Of a stretch of 64,000 nucleotides of DNA, positions 43,371 through 53,889 are shown piece by piece. Every line of letters starts with the position of its first letter. Within the stretch, counting starts at the first letter, position 1. Made by a program: the position numbers and the translations under genes. This DNA is from a virus. Location: IMG/VR virus record IMGVR_UViG_3300035126_000842, positions 58,314 through 122,313 of that record; one strand, written 5' to 3'. Below the pieces are notes generated by a model that saw only the letters and a program-made list of their open reading frames with translations, was not told the origin of the DNA and ran no database searches.

Positions 43371-44978
43371 TTAGAAACTTCCGCCTGTAATAGGGTTCCG
43401 CATAACAATCTTCAACACTCTGGTTGGGTCTTTTACCCAAATTGCGGGGTAGGTTTGTGTCATATAAACACGGAAACCGTTGAAATTACCGCTAGATTGG
43501 AAACCTTGAGTACGACCCAAGTAATCCATAGTACCGTTTTGATACCACCAACGTAATTCAGAATCCCATTTTTTCTTCAACAAGAAGATGTTGTCATTAG
43601 TATTATCAGTGATATCAAAGATAATAAATGAGTAAGAAGAAAGAGGATAACCGTCGATAATTGGGTTCTCGATATCGTTGGTATTGTAATTATCAAATGC
43701 AGGGTTGATAACAAACTTAACATTTGCCAAGAATGGAATTACATAACTAGTGTATGCATATCCAAAGTGAAGATCCATACCTTTGTTAGTAATAGCTCCT
43801 ACTTCAGAAGCGTTGATAATCAAACCAGACTGAACAGCTTCACGCTTAATAGCCTCGTTAACCAAACGCATACCTGCAAGACCTGTTTGTACAACAATCT
43901 CACGCTTAGGATCTGGACCTTTAAACTCAACTTTACCTGCGAAGTAATTGTAAAGTTCAGATTTAAACAGATCAAGATTAAAGTTTACTTTGTTGTAAAC
44001 ACGCTTGTAAGAGTTATCTAATTGTTTCCAAAGACCTACAGACAAACGAATATCATCAGGACCGTCTTGCTTCAAACGACCGCCTTTACCCCACATCAGG
44101 TAAGATTCAATATCTTGACCGATTTTAGCAAGGTGAGCAGCTTCTGTTTTAGTAACGAAGGAACGAGTGATAGCACCAGATTTCATAGCACCTTTAATTC
44201 CATCTTTACCCATTTTATTAAGCATGTTGGGTACAGAAAGATCAAGACTAGGGTCGAAAGATCTCCAAAGTTCTTGAACTGGAATAGAACCGTCTGCCAT
44301 CATAGCACCTTTCTGCATCATCGCAGCGCGAGAAGAGAAAGAATAATGAGTATGAGCTTCAGCACCTCCTACGAAGTTATAGAACTCACGATACCCATTA
44401 CTAACTTCCATGTCTGAAAAACGCTCACCGTATTCACCACGAGCAGAACCAATACGGAAGAATTTAGTACCTGGAGCAAGATATTTAGGATCTAAACTCT
44501 GGTTAGAGTTATTATTTACCAACTGTACAGTGTAAATAAAACTATCACCCTGAGGAAGAACATCGTGTTCAGGAGAAACATAAAGTTCCAAACCATTCAT
44601 TTTGTCATAAGTGATAATATCACCGTGACCAAAAGAACGCTTGTTTAACTTAATTTTGAAGTAAGTACCATCAATACCAAGATCAGGTGCTGTTTCGATA
44701 TTCTCTACAATGTAAGGAAGATCTTCTACAATAGGAATTTGGAATTTGTACTCACCACGAGCATTGTCTACTTCAATGGTATTCTTACCACCAAAATTAG
44801 ACATCATGTAGAGTGGCATTTCAACCTTCTGCGCCATTGCCCAGAGATCGATAGGACCCATATTCATCGGCTCCTGGTCTTTCATCTGTTGGAGCAAATG
44901 GTACGAGTCGATGTGGCTAGATACTTTGTAAGCAGTGTCCCTTACAAAAATACCATTGTTTAAAACTGGAGTCGACAT
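43371..44978 (-). CDS. Major capsid protein (crAss-like)
   Basis: 535 aa directly after portal and an acidic scaffold-like gene, followed by a strong terminator; LMWGKGG..IRLSVGLWKQL segment. Confidence 0.8.
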   Translation of the reverse strand: MSTPVLNNGIFVRDTAYKVSSHIDSYHLLQQMKDQEPMNMGPIDLWAMAQKVEMPLYMMSNFGGKNTIEVDNARGEYKFQIPIVEDLPYIVENIETAPDLGIDGTYFKIKLNKRSFGHGDIITYDKMNGLELYVSPEHDVLPQGDSFIYTVQLVNNNSNQSLDPKYLAPGTKFFRIGSARGEYGERFSDMEVSNGYREFYNFVGGAEAHTHYSFSSRAAMMQKGAMMADGSIPVQELWRSFDPSLDLSVPNMLNKMGKDGIKGAMKSGAITRSFVTKTEAAHLAKIGQDIESYLMWGKGGRLKQDGPDDIRLSVGLWKQLDNSYKRVYNKVNFNLDLFKSELYNYFAGKVEFKGPDPKREIVVQTGLAGMRLVNEAIKREAVQSGLIINASEVGAITNKGMDLHFGYAYTSYVIPFLANVKFVINPAFDNYNTNDIENPIIDGYPLSSYSFIIFDITDNTNDNIFLLKKKWDSELRWWYQNGTMDYLGRTQGFQSSGNFNGFRVYMTQTYPAIWVKDPTRVLKIVMRNPITGGSF

Positions 44979-45022
44979 AATACTTATAATTAATAATGTG
45001 TTCTATATAATATAATAAGTTT

Positions 45023-46234
45023 TTAACCAAAAATACTACGAGGCTTAAAATTTTTTTTCGGTTTCCTCGATTTATCTTCGGATTCATCATCTATAATAGC
45101 AGTAGGAATCTTTTCTTTTTCTGCAATTTTGAGTTTCCTAACTGTCTCAGTTACAGCTTCTTTACCACCAATATTTTTGATTTTTTCTTTGTAACCACTA
45201 GGGTCTTGAAGCAACCATAATGCTTCTGAAATTAAATCTAATCTAGGCTCAACAAACTGATATTTTTCTAACAAATGACCTAGCAAATTAACTTTTCTAC
45301 CGGTCAAAGAGTCATAATCTAAGTTTACCAAACCAGAATAAAGATTGCTTTGAGTCTTTCTATCAATCTTAATTCCATTCAATTCACCTGCTTTTAAAGC
45401 GCCTACTACATCGTTTTGGAATTTATTTACAGCTTGAATTCTTTTTTGACGCTGTGATTCTTGTTCTGCAAGTTTTCTAGTAATCTCTTTTTGTTTTACT
45501 TCTTGCAACTTAGGTTTAAAATTATCAGCTTTCTTACTAAGAGTATTAAGATCTTTCCATTCTTGAATTTGTTCTTCAATTTCTTCTTCACTACCAAACC
45601 TAGTAAGATGTAAATAATTTCTAGCAATAGATTCTGCGTCATTTTCATCTTCTACATTCGATTCAAACATTTCTGCATTTTCAGCAAACATTCTAAACAA
45701 ACCTTTCAAATCAGTACCACCTTTTTGAAAATAACTATATGCGATAGCAAATTCTTCAGGCATTTCCTCAAAGAAATTTTGTTGAAGTTCTGCTCTAACA
45801 TTATCTTCTACTTGTTCAATATTAGCTTTGATTAGTTCTTCAATATCTTTATCAGAATAATCATCTATTTTTTCTTCAGTACCATCATCTTTAACAAAAG
45901 GTTTAATAACACCTTTTTTAATTAATGATGCTACAGCTTTTCCTGTATAAGGGTTTTTTGATTTACCAGCATCTTTGTTAAACGCATTACCTTTATCCTC
46001 ATCTTCATCATCATCATCGTCATCATCAGCATCGTCTTCTTCTTCTAATTCTGTAGGATCAGGAATATTATCCTCTACTTTTTCAAAAACAGATGATTTT
46101 TTAACATCATCTGGTTTATCTGTTTTTTCTTGAGACAAATCTGAAGGTGTATTATCATCTGTCTCCATACTTGCGGAACCTGCACCAAAATCATCCAGGT
46201 TGTCCAATTCAAACTCATCTACGTTAGTCTGCAT
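45023..46234 (-). CDS. Acidic scaffold-like protein
   Basis: Highly acidic N-terminus with a poly-Asp tract and a helical remainder; lies between portal and MCP. Confidence 0.55.
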   Translation of the reverse strand: MQTNVDEFELDNLDDFGAGSASMETDDNTPSDLSQEKTDKPDDVKKSSVFEKVEDNIPDPTELEEEDDADDDDDDDEDEDKGNAFNKDAGKSKNPYTGKAVASLIKKGVIKPFVKDDGTEEKIDDYSDKDIEELIKANIEQVEDNVRAELQQNFFEEMPEEFAIAYSYFQKGGTDLKGLFRMFAENAEMFESNVEDENDAESIARNYLHLTRFGSEEEIEEQIQEWKDLNTLSKKADNFKPKLQEVKQKEITRKLAEQESQRQKRIQAVNKFQNDVVGALKAGELNGIKIDRKTQSNLYSGLVNLDYDSLTGRKVNLLGHLLEKYQFVEPRLDLISEALWLLQDPSGYKEKIKNIGGKEAVTETVRKLKIAEKEKIPTAIIDDESEDKSRKPKKNFKPRSIFG

Positions 46235-46283
46235 AAAATATAATTTTCAATAAAGTTACTAAGTTTATTTTATCAAATCCAAA

Positions 46284-49055
46284 TTATTTAGATTTATTCT
46301 CTTTTTCTTTATTTTTTCTGTTTGCTTCAAGCTCACTTTTAGTTTTATTTTCTCTTGCTATTTCAAGTGCAACTCTAGCTTTCTCTCTTTCAACATTTAA
46401 TTTTTCTCGCGACAGATTTAATTTTTCTCGTTCAGTTAAAGATCTGTTATTTTCTTTTTCCCTATTAAAATTCATCTGATCTTGATATTGTTGAGTAGAA
46501 GTAAGACGATCCATATAATCTTGATAATCGCTCATTTTATTTTCATTGATATCTTGCATAGAACCATACCCGGCTGCTCTAATTTGAGCAACCATGATAT
46601 TGTTTTCATTATCCATCTGAGCCATTTCAAGCTTAAATTGTCTTTCTTTTTCAGCTTCTGCTTCTTGTGCTTGTAACAACTGTTGTTGTTTTTGCATTTC
46701 AGCTTCTTGTGCAGCTTGAGCATTTTGTTGAGCTTGTTTCTCAATCTTAGCAAGAATATTATCTGTTTCTGCTATACTGGTAGATTTAATAATATTAGCA
46801 AGGTCATATATACTAGCGTTTGCTGTATTATTACTCATTGCTAAACTCTTAAGTTGTTCTAATAAAGCACGGTGATTTGCTTTAGTAGTGACAAAAACAT
46901 TAAGATCGCGCAGCAATAAATCAGTACCATTTATTTCAAAGTTTACTTTTTCATCTAAACTTGTAACATACGTTAATCTAGTAGAAGGATTAGTAGAATG
47001 ATAAAACTGTGCAAGGTCTGTTCTCATCTGATGGACACGTGGCATTAAGTAATCACTATGTTCTACAAACATCATTTCGGTTTGAGCATAAGAACCAGTA
47101 ACCGCTTGTTCTACTTCTGTAGCAGACTGTGTTTGTCCTATCTGCTGTCCCATTCTTTGCGGATTAACTCCTATGACATCAAACGCTTGGGTTTTAAAAT
47201 ACTGAGCTAATTGAATACGAGACATTAAACGCTGAGTTTGTTCTAGGTTAAGAACTTGATAATGATTAAATCCAACATTATTTTCTGTATTCATCAATGT
47301 AGTATCTAAAGGTAAAATACTAAAATCACGCATTGCGACATACGCTTTAGCATAGTTACCTTTACCCCAGTCTTCACCCAAACTATGTTGAGGTAAAGCA
47401 TTTTGGTCTAAAAGAACTACAGTACCTAATTCATCAATAAGAATATCTTGAATCTGATTATTGACAATATTATAACCTACTTGAAAAGGTTTCATAATAT
47501 CAACCATAGAAACAGATCTAGTATTTCTATCATTAAACACAGATCCTTCTACAGGAAGTTTACACCCATACAAGTTGTTATTACCTTTAAACTGGAATTT
47601 TAATCTACCCGGTTTATCTTTTCCTACTCCTAAATAAATAGGATTAAAACCACCTGGGTTATTCATACCCCATAATGAAGGTCTATTAGGTCCTATTTTA
47701 ACAGCTCCATAAACTTCATTAATCCATAACCATTCTATGTGTTCACCAAAAATTAAAGTCTCAGAAGTTTTTTCTTTTTTTAAGGTAGCGTCATAAAGAG
47801 GTTTATCTGTTACTTTATACGATTCCGTTACAACTTTTTCTATTACTTCACCTTCTTCTGTAATCTTAGTAAGATGACCAACTTTTCTTTGAGTCTTCCA
47901 GTAAACTGTAGTAACCCTTACAAAATAAGCATTGCCTGTATTAATAAGATCTTCAGATTCAGCATATACTGCCCATATTGGGTCACCACCATAAATAAAA
48001 TCATCGTGCACCGACAAGAACTGACGGTACCCTAAAGATGGCATTGAGGTATTCCATTCGTGTGTTCTGGTAGGGTCGTAAAAAGAACCATCGTTTTGAA
48101 CACCCTGCATAGCATAAGTAGCTCCTTTTACAGGATAATTAAGTTCTATACTTCTTAATTCTTCTTCAGTCATTAAATAACCATATTTATCAATAACATC
48201 GGAAGCAGTCATCACATCAATCTTTCCTACATAATTACCTTCAGACGTATATCTAACAGAAGGTGACTTATGGTAAAAAGTAGTAATAGGATTCCATATA
48301 TCTATTTTATAATCGTTCTCTTGCATTTCAAAATGCCAGAATTCACGATCTGTAACGAGTTTGTCTCTAAAAGCTCTCTCTTCTAACTCGTCCATTTTAA
48401 ATCGTTCAACATCTACATTATGCTGATGTTGTGCCCATAATTCACACATAGAGCGATAACTTTTAGTCATCGCACTTTCTATTTCAGGCATTGATTGAAT
48501 TTTTTCTGGACTAAGAGCTTCTTGAACTTCAGGGTCATTAGGATCTACCCCCTGTTCTACCATAGCAGCAGCTATTTTTTGTTGAGCTTTAACAAAAAGA
48601 GCTTCCTCTACCATTTCTTTTTTAACTTCTAACTGCTCGTTGTAGGAAGTATCATCTACTGCTCTATATGAAACTGTATTGTTTCTTTTGGCAAATTCAG
48701 CACATAATACATTAACTACATTAGGAATAATAGGATAGAATTTTAATTCATTAGCACCGTCGTATTGAAAGTTTAGGGTATCTACCAATTCTGCAGTATC
48801 CGATGTTTCATCTACGATATAGTCGTTTCTATCAATAATACCTCTAGCTAACTTATAGTTTTTGAGTAATCTTTTAGCATTTCTAGATATTTGTTTAATA
48901 CCCTGCCATTCAAAATAATCTACACAAGATGCTAACCAAACATCATCTTTCTCCTTCTCTGGAAGAAATTGTAAAGGTTGTACTATAAGACCAAGTCTGT
49001 TATTTCTTTCAACTTTGGCTCCCTGTTTTATTTGCAGTGCGTTAACTACTCTCAT
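46284..49055 (-). CDS. Portal protein
   Basis: 923 aa immediately downstream of terminase; YPIIPNVVNVL..E motif and coiled-coil C-terminus typical of crAss-like portals. Confidence 0.85.
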   Translation of the reverse strand: MRVVNALQIKQGAKVERNNRLGLIVQPLQFLPEKEKDDVWLASCVDYFEWQGIKQISRNAKRLLKNYKLARGIIDRNDYIVDETSDTAELVDTLNFQYDGANELKFYPIIPNVVNVLCAEFAKRNNTVSYRAVDDTSYNEQLEVKKEMVEEALFVKAQQKIAAAMVEQGVDPNDPEVQEALSPEKIQSMPEIESAMTKSYRSMCELWAQHQHNVDVERFKMDELEERAFRDKLVTDREFWHFEMQENDYKIDIWNPITTFYHKSPSVRYTSEGNYVGKIDVMTASDVIDKYGYLMTEEELRSIELNYPVKGATYAMQGVQNDGSFYDPTRTHEWNTSMPSLGYRQFLSVHDDFIYGGDPIWAVYAESEDLINTGNAYFVRVTTVYWKTQRKVGHLTKITEEGEVIEKVVTESYKVTDKPLYDATLKKEKTSETLIFGEHIEWLWINEVYGAVKIGPNRPSLWGMNNPGGFNPIYLGVGKDKPGRLKFQFKGNNNLYGCKLPVEGSVFNDRNTRSVSMVDIMKPFQVGYNIVNNQIQDILIDELGTVVLLDQNALPQHSLGEDWGKGNYAKAYVAMRDFSILPLDTTLMNTENNVGFNHYQVLNLEQTQRLMSRIQLAQYFKTQAFDVIGVNPQRMGQQIGQTQSATEVEQAVTGSYAQTEMMFVEHSDYLMPRVHQMRTDLAQFYHSTNPSTRLTYVTSLDEKVNFEINGTDLLLRDLNVFVTTKANHRALLEQLKSLAMSNNTANASIYDLANIIKSTSIAETDNILAKIEKQAQQNAQAAQEAEMQKQQQLLQAQEAEAEKERQFKLEMAQMDNENNIMVAQIRAAGYGSMQDINENKMSDYQDYMDRLTSTQQYQDQMNFNREKENNRSLTEREKLNLSREKLNVEREKARVALEIARENKTKSELEANRKNKEKENKSK

Positions 49056-51241
49056 CTTATATTTTTAAAAGGAGATTTCCTAATAGATTGTTTCATCCCT
49101 CCAAAATGCTTAAAAGGACTCTTTTTCAATTTATACAAATCTTTATTCTTATCCAAATCTTTATTAATAACTCTTTTAGCAAAACCCTTATTTGCAGTCT
49201 GAACTTTTATAAAAGCTACAAGAGCGCAAAAACTTACAAGTCTATCCACGTTTAAACCATCCACATACGCTTTCATTTCCTTAATAAGCATAGGGTCAGG
49301 TATTCTTTCTACTCCGTAAACACGTTTTACTACTTTACCTGTAGTAGCATGCTCTTCGTTTATGACTTCTTTTACATATTCAATAGCGTGACTTAAAAGG
49401 TGAGTTTTAAAAATAACACCTACGTTTTTCCATCCATATTCAGATCTTACTGTAGAATTAGCGGTTAACTCTTTCAAAAACAGCATCTTATCTTTAGGTA
49501 CCAAAAAGTGCTGTTTCTTTTTAAGAATCATGTATGTAATAAAAATAGGTACGTTGTTTTCTATAATAGTCCACGCATTGTACCAGGTAATAATATTTAA
49601 CAACTGCTGATGTGTCTCGTTAATATCATCGTATCGACCGCACCAAGTAGCAACAATTTTATCACCTTCTATTTCAGTTCTAGATGTACCATCTTCCTCA
49701 TACACAGTAACTTCTGTGGGTGCTTTGTAGACTATAATAGAACAAAGAGAATCTGAGGTAGTAGTAGCACCTTCAGAAACAGGGTCAATAGAAGCGTAAT
49801 ACTGACCAAAGGAAGGATCTTTACAAGGTCTTTCCCATACAGAAATGCAAGCTCGTTTATCTTTTTGTTCTTTCTTTACAGGAAAGTCCATAATAGGATA
49901 ACGCATACTTCTTTTAGCTTCAAGCTCACCTTTTTCGTTATGATCAAGATCTAAATATTCTACACTATACTCTTTGTTAGCAATACGCATTTCCTGCGCT
50001 TGCAATATATGTAAAGGAAATTTAGATTCTTTTCTACTAGCTAGCGCTTCTTCTATGTTTCTAGGACGCTGAGAAATTTCAAGTTGATATTCTGCAGGGT
50101 CTAGATTTTCTTTAAGTTTTTCGTAATCTTTATCTAAAGCTTCTAATGCTTCTTGTACTAATGAATTACCATAAGCATCTATAAAAGGAGGCATAGACCA
50201 TTGCTCAGGAATAAACAAACCTGTAACAGCAACTGTACCTTTTGAGTCCATCAACTTATGCTCTACACCCAAAAACTTATTTTCAATAGGACGTAGTAAA
50301 TATTTTTTCAGAGGTTCACATTTGTCAAGTTCCCCTACAGAACCTCCTAGATAAAAAATACCGGTTTTAATTTGTCCTTGTCTTTGAGCAGGTTCTAAGT
50401 ACTTGAAGGTTTTATCTGCAGTAGGAGCAATACCACCCTCTTCATACCAGAATTTACGACATCTGCCACCCACACCTTTTGTTGGAGATTTTTCAAAACT
50501 TCGTCCCAGAATCATAGACTTGTTACCAAAGGTTTGTTTTTTACCTCCTATAGTTTCTTCTTCTTTTTGTTCCCAGTGCAAAACTCCACCTGGATTAGTA
50601 GGACGATACCAAGCAGTATGTTGATTTAAGAAATCTCTATACTCGTTTAAGTATTTCCAAGTACCCTCGTCACTAATGTAACCTTTATCAGAAGCACCTA
50701 TTTTAAGAATAGAACCTTCTTCAAACCAAAACTCAGTAATCATCTCCGCACACATTTGGTAGGAGTAAGCAATCTGACGCTTCTTCATACAGACTGAATT
50801 TAGACCTTTTAATTCAGCTCTAAAATCATAAAGTCTCATATGGTACTGAGTATCCCAAATTTTAGGGAAAGCGTACTTATTATCTATTTTATCAAAGATT
50901 GGTAAAAAATTAAGCCACATGTAGTAGGCTCTTGTTAAATACCAAGTATCTTTTCCCAGTTTAATAATAAGACCCTTTCTGCATTTAGCTTTTTCAAAGT
51001 CCCAGTATTTAATATAATCAGCACTCTTGTAAGGAGCATCTGTGTAAAATTGATTCTTTTCAAAGAAAGAACCTTGTTCATTAAAAAGACGAGCAGTAGT
51101 TTCATTAAAATTATATTCACCAGGTTGCTTAAACAAGGAATCGCAAAATTCTATAAAATCTACTTTGTTTTCAAAAGTAGTTTTTGTCCAAGTACCATTG
51201 TCCCAAGTAGGAATATCTGTAAAATAAAAGTTTTGTATCAT
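49052..51241 (-). CDS. terL: Terminase large subunit
   Basis: KKRQIAYS Walker A-like motif, FWYEEGG Walker B-like motif, and RNase H-like ASIDPV..D..VDRL nuclease motifs. Confidence 0.9.
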   Translation of the reverse strand: MIQNFYFTDIPTWDNGTWTKTTFENKVDFIEFCDSLFKQPGEYNFNETTARLFNEQGSFFEKNQFYTDAPYKSADYIKYWDFEKAKCRKGLIIKLGKDTWYLTRAYYMWLNFLPIFDKIDNKYAFPKIWDTQYHMRLYDFRAELKGLNSVCMKKRQIAYSYQMCAEMITEFWFEEGSILKIGASDKGYISDEGTWKYLNEYRDFLNQHTAWYRPTNPGGVLHWEQKEEETIGGKKQTFGNKSMILGRSFEKSPTKGVGGRCRKFWYEEGGIAPTADKTFKYLEPAQRQGQIKTGIFYLGGSVGELDKCEPLKKYLLRPIENKFLGVEHKLMDSKGTVAVTGLFIPEQWSMPPFIDAYGNSLVQEALEALDKDYEKLKENLDPAEYQLEISQRPRNIEEALASRKESKFPLHILQAQEMRIANKEYSVEYLDLDHNEKGELEAKRSMRYPIMDFPVKKEQKDKRACISVWERPCKDPSFGQYYASIDPVSEGATTTSDSLCSIIVYKAPTEVTVYEEDGTSRTEIEGDKIVATWCGRYDDINETHQQLLNIITWYNAWTIIENNVPIFITYMILKKKQHFLVPKDKMLFLKELTANSTVRSEYGWKNVGVIFKTHLLSHAIEYVKEVINEEHATTGKVVKRVYGVERIPDPMLIKEMKAYVDGLNVDRLVSFCALVAFIKVQTANKGFAKRVINKDLDKNKDLYKLKKSPFKHFGGMKQSIRKSPFKNIR

Positions 51242-51750
51242 TGATCGTAACCTCTTGCTCTATCACCTCGTACACGAGATTTTTGTTCATCCATAAGATC
51301 TCTATAAACTCCTTTATATGACTCTCTTATTTTATGAAATTTTTCAGCTGCAGAAAGCAATGCTGTAATATTACCATCTCTTCCGTGAGAAATTGCTGTA
51401 TTAGACATATAATCAGATAGTCTATCTAACATAGATTTAATACCTATGTACGCGCGTAGAGTAGGAGTTTGTTCTAGCTGTCTGTATTTTTCTAGAGCAT
51501 TTTGTATAGTTAACTCCTCTGTAGAAAAACAAGAACTATCTATTTCCGATAAAATTATTTCTTCTTTGTCATCTTCAGGCACATTAAAAAAAGGATTTTC
51601 GTCAGCACTTATAGAACCCATATAAAAGATATACTTATATACTTCTATATAACAATCAGGGTATTCTTCCATTATTTCTTTAAGAAAATCTAAAGCATAA
51701 CAATGCTCTGTAGGAATAAGTACTTTATTTTTTACGTCAAATAGTTTCAT
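51238..51750 (-). CDS. Conserved protein upstream of terL; possible terminase small subunit
   Basis: Helical 170 aa protein overlapping the terL start; positional inference only. Confidence 0.4.
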   Translation of the reverse strand: MKLFDVKNKVLIPTEHCYALDFLKEIMEEYPDCYIEVYKYIFYMGSISADENPFFNVPEDDKEEIILSEIDSSCFSTEELTIQNALEKYRQLEQTPTLRAYIGIKSMLDRLSDYMSNTAISHGRDGNITALLSAAEKFHKIRESYKGVYRDLMDEQKSRVRGDRARGYDQ

Positions 51751-52550
51751 CCGCGATGTTTTATTATTGAAATAACTTCACTCTTAAGATAAGGTAATTT
51801 TATCTTTTCTACTCCTTTTACTATAAAACTACCATCTTTATCTCTTTTATAAATAGGATAACCGTTAGCGTCAGTAGATTCTAACTCAAACTTTATATGA
51901 TGAATAGTTAAGTTTCCTGCTTTTAACTTAGGATTGTGTTTAAGAATCATATACATATAGAAACTTAACTGCAATGCATAATGATAAAAATTACAATCTT
52001 GTAAATTATCTACAGGAGGTAACATCATCTTGTGTTTACCCTCCCAATTTTTAAATGATTCTCTTTCAATTTCTTTGTTGCTTTTGTAATCCTCTATGTC
52101 TACCACACCTTTATTAGAAACAATAACCTTATCAGATTGACCGCAAATTTTTGCTGACTTAAGATATACAATTAATTCAGGGTAACAACCTGGTTGCAAC
52201 TTAAGGTTTTCTGCTACTCTAGAACCTTCTATTTCTAATGCTTTGTGCACAGGAAGTGTAGAATCTTCGTGCTTTATACTACCTGCAGACCATAGTTCTT
52301 TTTCTTGTTTTTTATGGTACCAATCACCACACTCAACAGAACGTTGTGTTTCTGCTTCCCATATTGCTTTTACTTCTAAAGGATCTTTACCATACCACTT
52401 ACTCTTAGGATTCTTTACAGATTTAAAGTGTTGATTGGGGTCAAACTTATTCTTGTAAGAAGACACTATTCGCGTAACACTTTCCCATTCAATGTTATCG
52501 CCATCTATAGAAGTGTATTTATGATCTTTTTCGTCAAACTTAAGAACCAT
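51747..52550 (-). CDS. PD-(D/E)xK nuclease (RecB/Cas4-like family)
   Basis: ICGQSD..DIEDYKS..YALQLSFY motifs. Confidence 0.8.
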   Translation of the reverse strand: MVLKFDEKDHKYTSIDGDNIEWESVTRIVSSYKNKFDPNQHFKSVKNPKSKWYGKDPLEVKAIWEAETQRSVECGDWYHKKQEKELWSAGSIKHEDSTLPVHKALEIEGSRVAENLKLQPGCYPELIVYLKSAKICGQSDKVIVSNKGVVDIEDYKSNKEIERESFKNWEGKHKMMLPPVDNLQDCNFYHYALQLSFYMYMILKHNPKLKAGNLTIHHIKFELESTDANGYPIYKRDKDGSFIVKGVEKIKLPYLKSEVISIIKHRG

Positions 52551-52893
52551 ATCCTGAATTTTTACGTAAATCTAAATTAATAATTGACTCTGGTGAAGAT
52601 GCTATCAAATAGCTATCATTAGTTATAGAATCAGTAATGTAACATCTTACCGGTGAAATCTCATTCCTACTATTTATATAAGACTGAACACAATTTATAT
52701 TAGCTCTTGGAATCCAAAACTGTACAATTTTTTCTTTGGTTTTTTTAACCGTTTGAGTTTGACCTATAAGATTATTATTTTCATCATACACATTAGTATT
52801 CTTAATATGTTTTAAGGTCAATATCAAAGGTAAACAAACTCTATTACCTACTATTGTAAAGTATTTACTCCGCTTTGTAGTTGATTTTTTCAT
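52540..52893 (-). CDS. Hypothetical protein
   Basis: ORF in a tightly packed operon. Confidence 0.5.
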   Translation of the reverse strand: MKKSTTKRSKYFTIVGNRVCLPLILTLKHIKNTNVYDENNNLIGQTQTVKKTKEKIVQFWIPRANINCVQSYINSRNEISPVRCYITDSITNDSYLIASSPESIINLDLRKNSGYGS

Positions 52894-53227
52894 ATAGTTT
52901 ATCTTCTTGTTCTTGGGTTATAACAGCATGCCATAGTTTATTATCATCATTAGAACACTCTGTAGAAAGAGATCTTGTAAGTAAACTTAAACAACACCCG
53001 CAAATACTACAACAAGGTTGCGTTCCTGGTACAGCACAATCAGAACCTTTGCGATCCATAAATACACAGGTTTCGCACTTGCTCATTCTATAAGCCGCAA
53101 TAGCTTCAATCTCCTGTTTCCTGAGTAATAAATTTATGAGCCCCTGCTGTATTTTTTTGCGATTCTTCAAGATTTCTAAAAATACTGACGCGAACTTTCC
53201 TAATTTTTCTTTTAATAAAGTTTTCAT
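52865..53227 (-). CDS. Cys-rich putative Zn-binding protein
   Basis: CETC..C....CCSICGCCL..C. Confidence 0.55.
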   Translation of the reverse strand: MKTLLKEKLGKFASVFLEILKNRKKIQQGLINLLLRKQEIEAIAAYRMSKCETCVFMDRKGSDCAVPGTQPCCSICGCCLSLLTRSLSTECSNDDNKLWHAVITQEQEDKLYEKINYKAE

Positions 53228-53540
53228 ATAAATAAATAAACTGTAGTTTTCTTAAAATAGATATTCTCCAACTAGCATAGCGTATCATAAACACAGGTTT
53301 TTTTGAGTTATCTATGTTATGTAATACTTTGTCGTAGTGTTCAATTTTTCTATCAATAACTTTAGTAGATGCTTTTAACAAACCAAAGTTCCTAATTTTA
53401 ACATAAGGTGCATTACCTTTTACCATACCTTGACGTACACGATTCCAGTAAAGATGTATTATTTCACTACATACTTTCTCAGGAAATCCTGTTTTGATAG
53501 CTACGTTTTTGATTAATGTATTAGGATCTGTTGGTACCAT
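53106..53540 (-). CDS. HU/IHF-like DNA-binding protein
   Basis: LIKNVAIKTGF...EIIHLYW..VRQGM..VKIRNFGLLK resembles the HU/IHF fold; its 3' end overlaps the next gene by about 120 bp. Confidence 0.55.
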   Translation of the reverse strand: MVPTDPNTLIKNVAIKTGFPEKVCSEIIHLYWNRVRQGMVKGNAPYVKIRNFGLLKASTKVIDRKIEHYDKVLHNIDNSKKPVFMIRYASWRISILRKLQFIYLYENFIKRKIRKVRVSIFRNLEESQKNTAGAHKFITQETGD

Positions 53541-53889
53541 GAGCTAAAAATTCAAACTGCAATAAAACAGCAGGTTTGTTTATTATTTCGCAATCAGGGT
53601 GTATCACAATCTCTTTTCTACTCTTGCCGGTCTTATATATAAAACCCATTTTTTCAAGTTTAGATAAAGCATTTCTAGTAGATTGAGATGACTTAAATAT
53701 TGAAATATTTGTGACATGAGTACAAAAATCCTTTAATGGAGTAGGACCATATATAATCAACTCTACTAAAGCTTTTCTGTCTGCAAGACTTATATTCAAA
53801 TCTTTTATAAAACAATAAGTGAGGAGTTGGAACTCCAACCCCTCTCTTAAAGTCAGCCTTGTTTTTTTATGTACGCGCGTTACTATCAT
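53521..53889 (-). CDS. Winged-helix DNA-binding protein
   Basis: SSQSTRNALSKLEKMGFIYKTG pattern. Confidence 0.5.
   Translation of the reverse strand: MIVTRVHKKTRLTLREGLEFQLLTYCFIKDLNISLADRKALVELIIYGPTPLKDFCTHVTNISIFKSSQSTRNALSKLEKMGFIYKTGKSRKEIVIHPDCEIINKPAVLLQFEFLAHGTNRS

Noticed and set aside
43292-43408. N-terminal extension of the phosphoesterase given in the ORF track
   Set aside because: It overlaps the MCP stop and runs across the terminator hairpin; the ATG at 43291 is more plausible.
46284-51241. Inteins or introns in terminase or portal
   Set aside because: The reading frames are continuous, lengths are plausible for crAss-like homologs, and I saw no intein C-terminal HN-C/S/T block or LAGLIDADG motif.
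51747-52550. Cas4 as evidence of a CRISPR system
   Set aside because: It is a stand-alone PD-(D/E)xK nuclease in the packaging operon, with no cas genes, no array and no visible four-Cys Fe-S motif.
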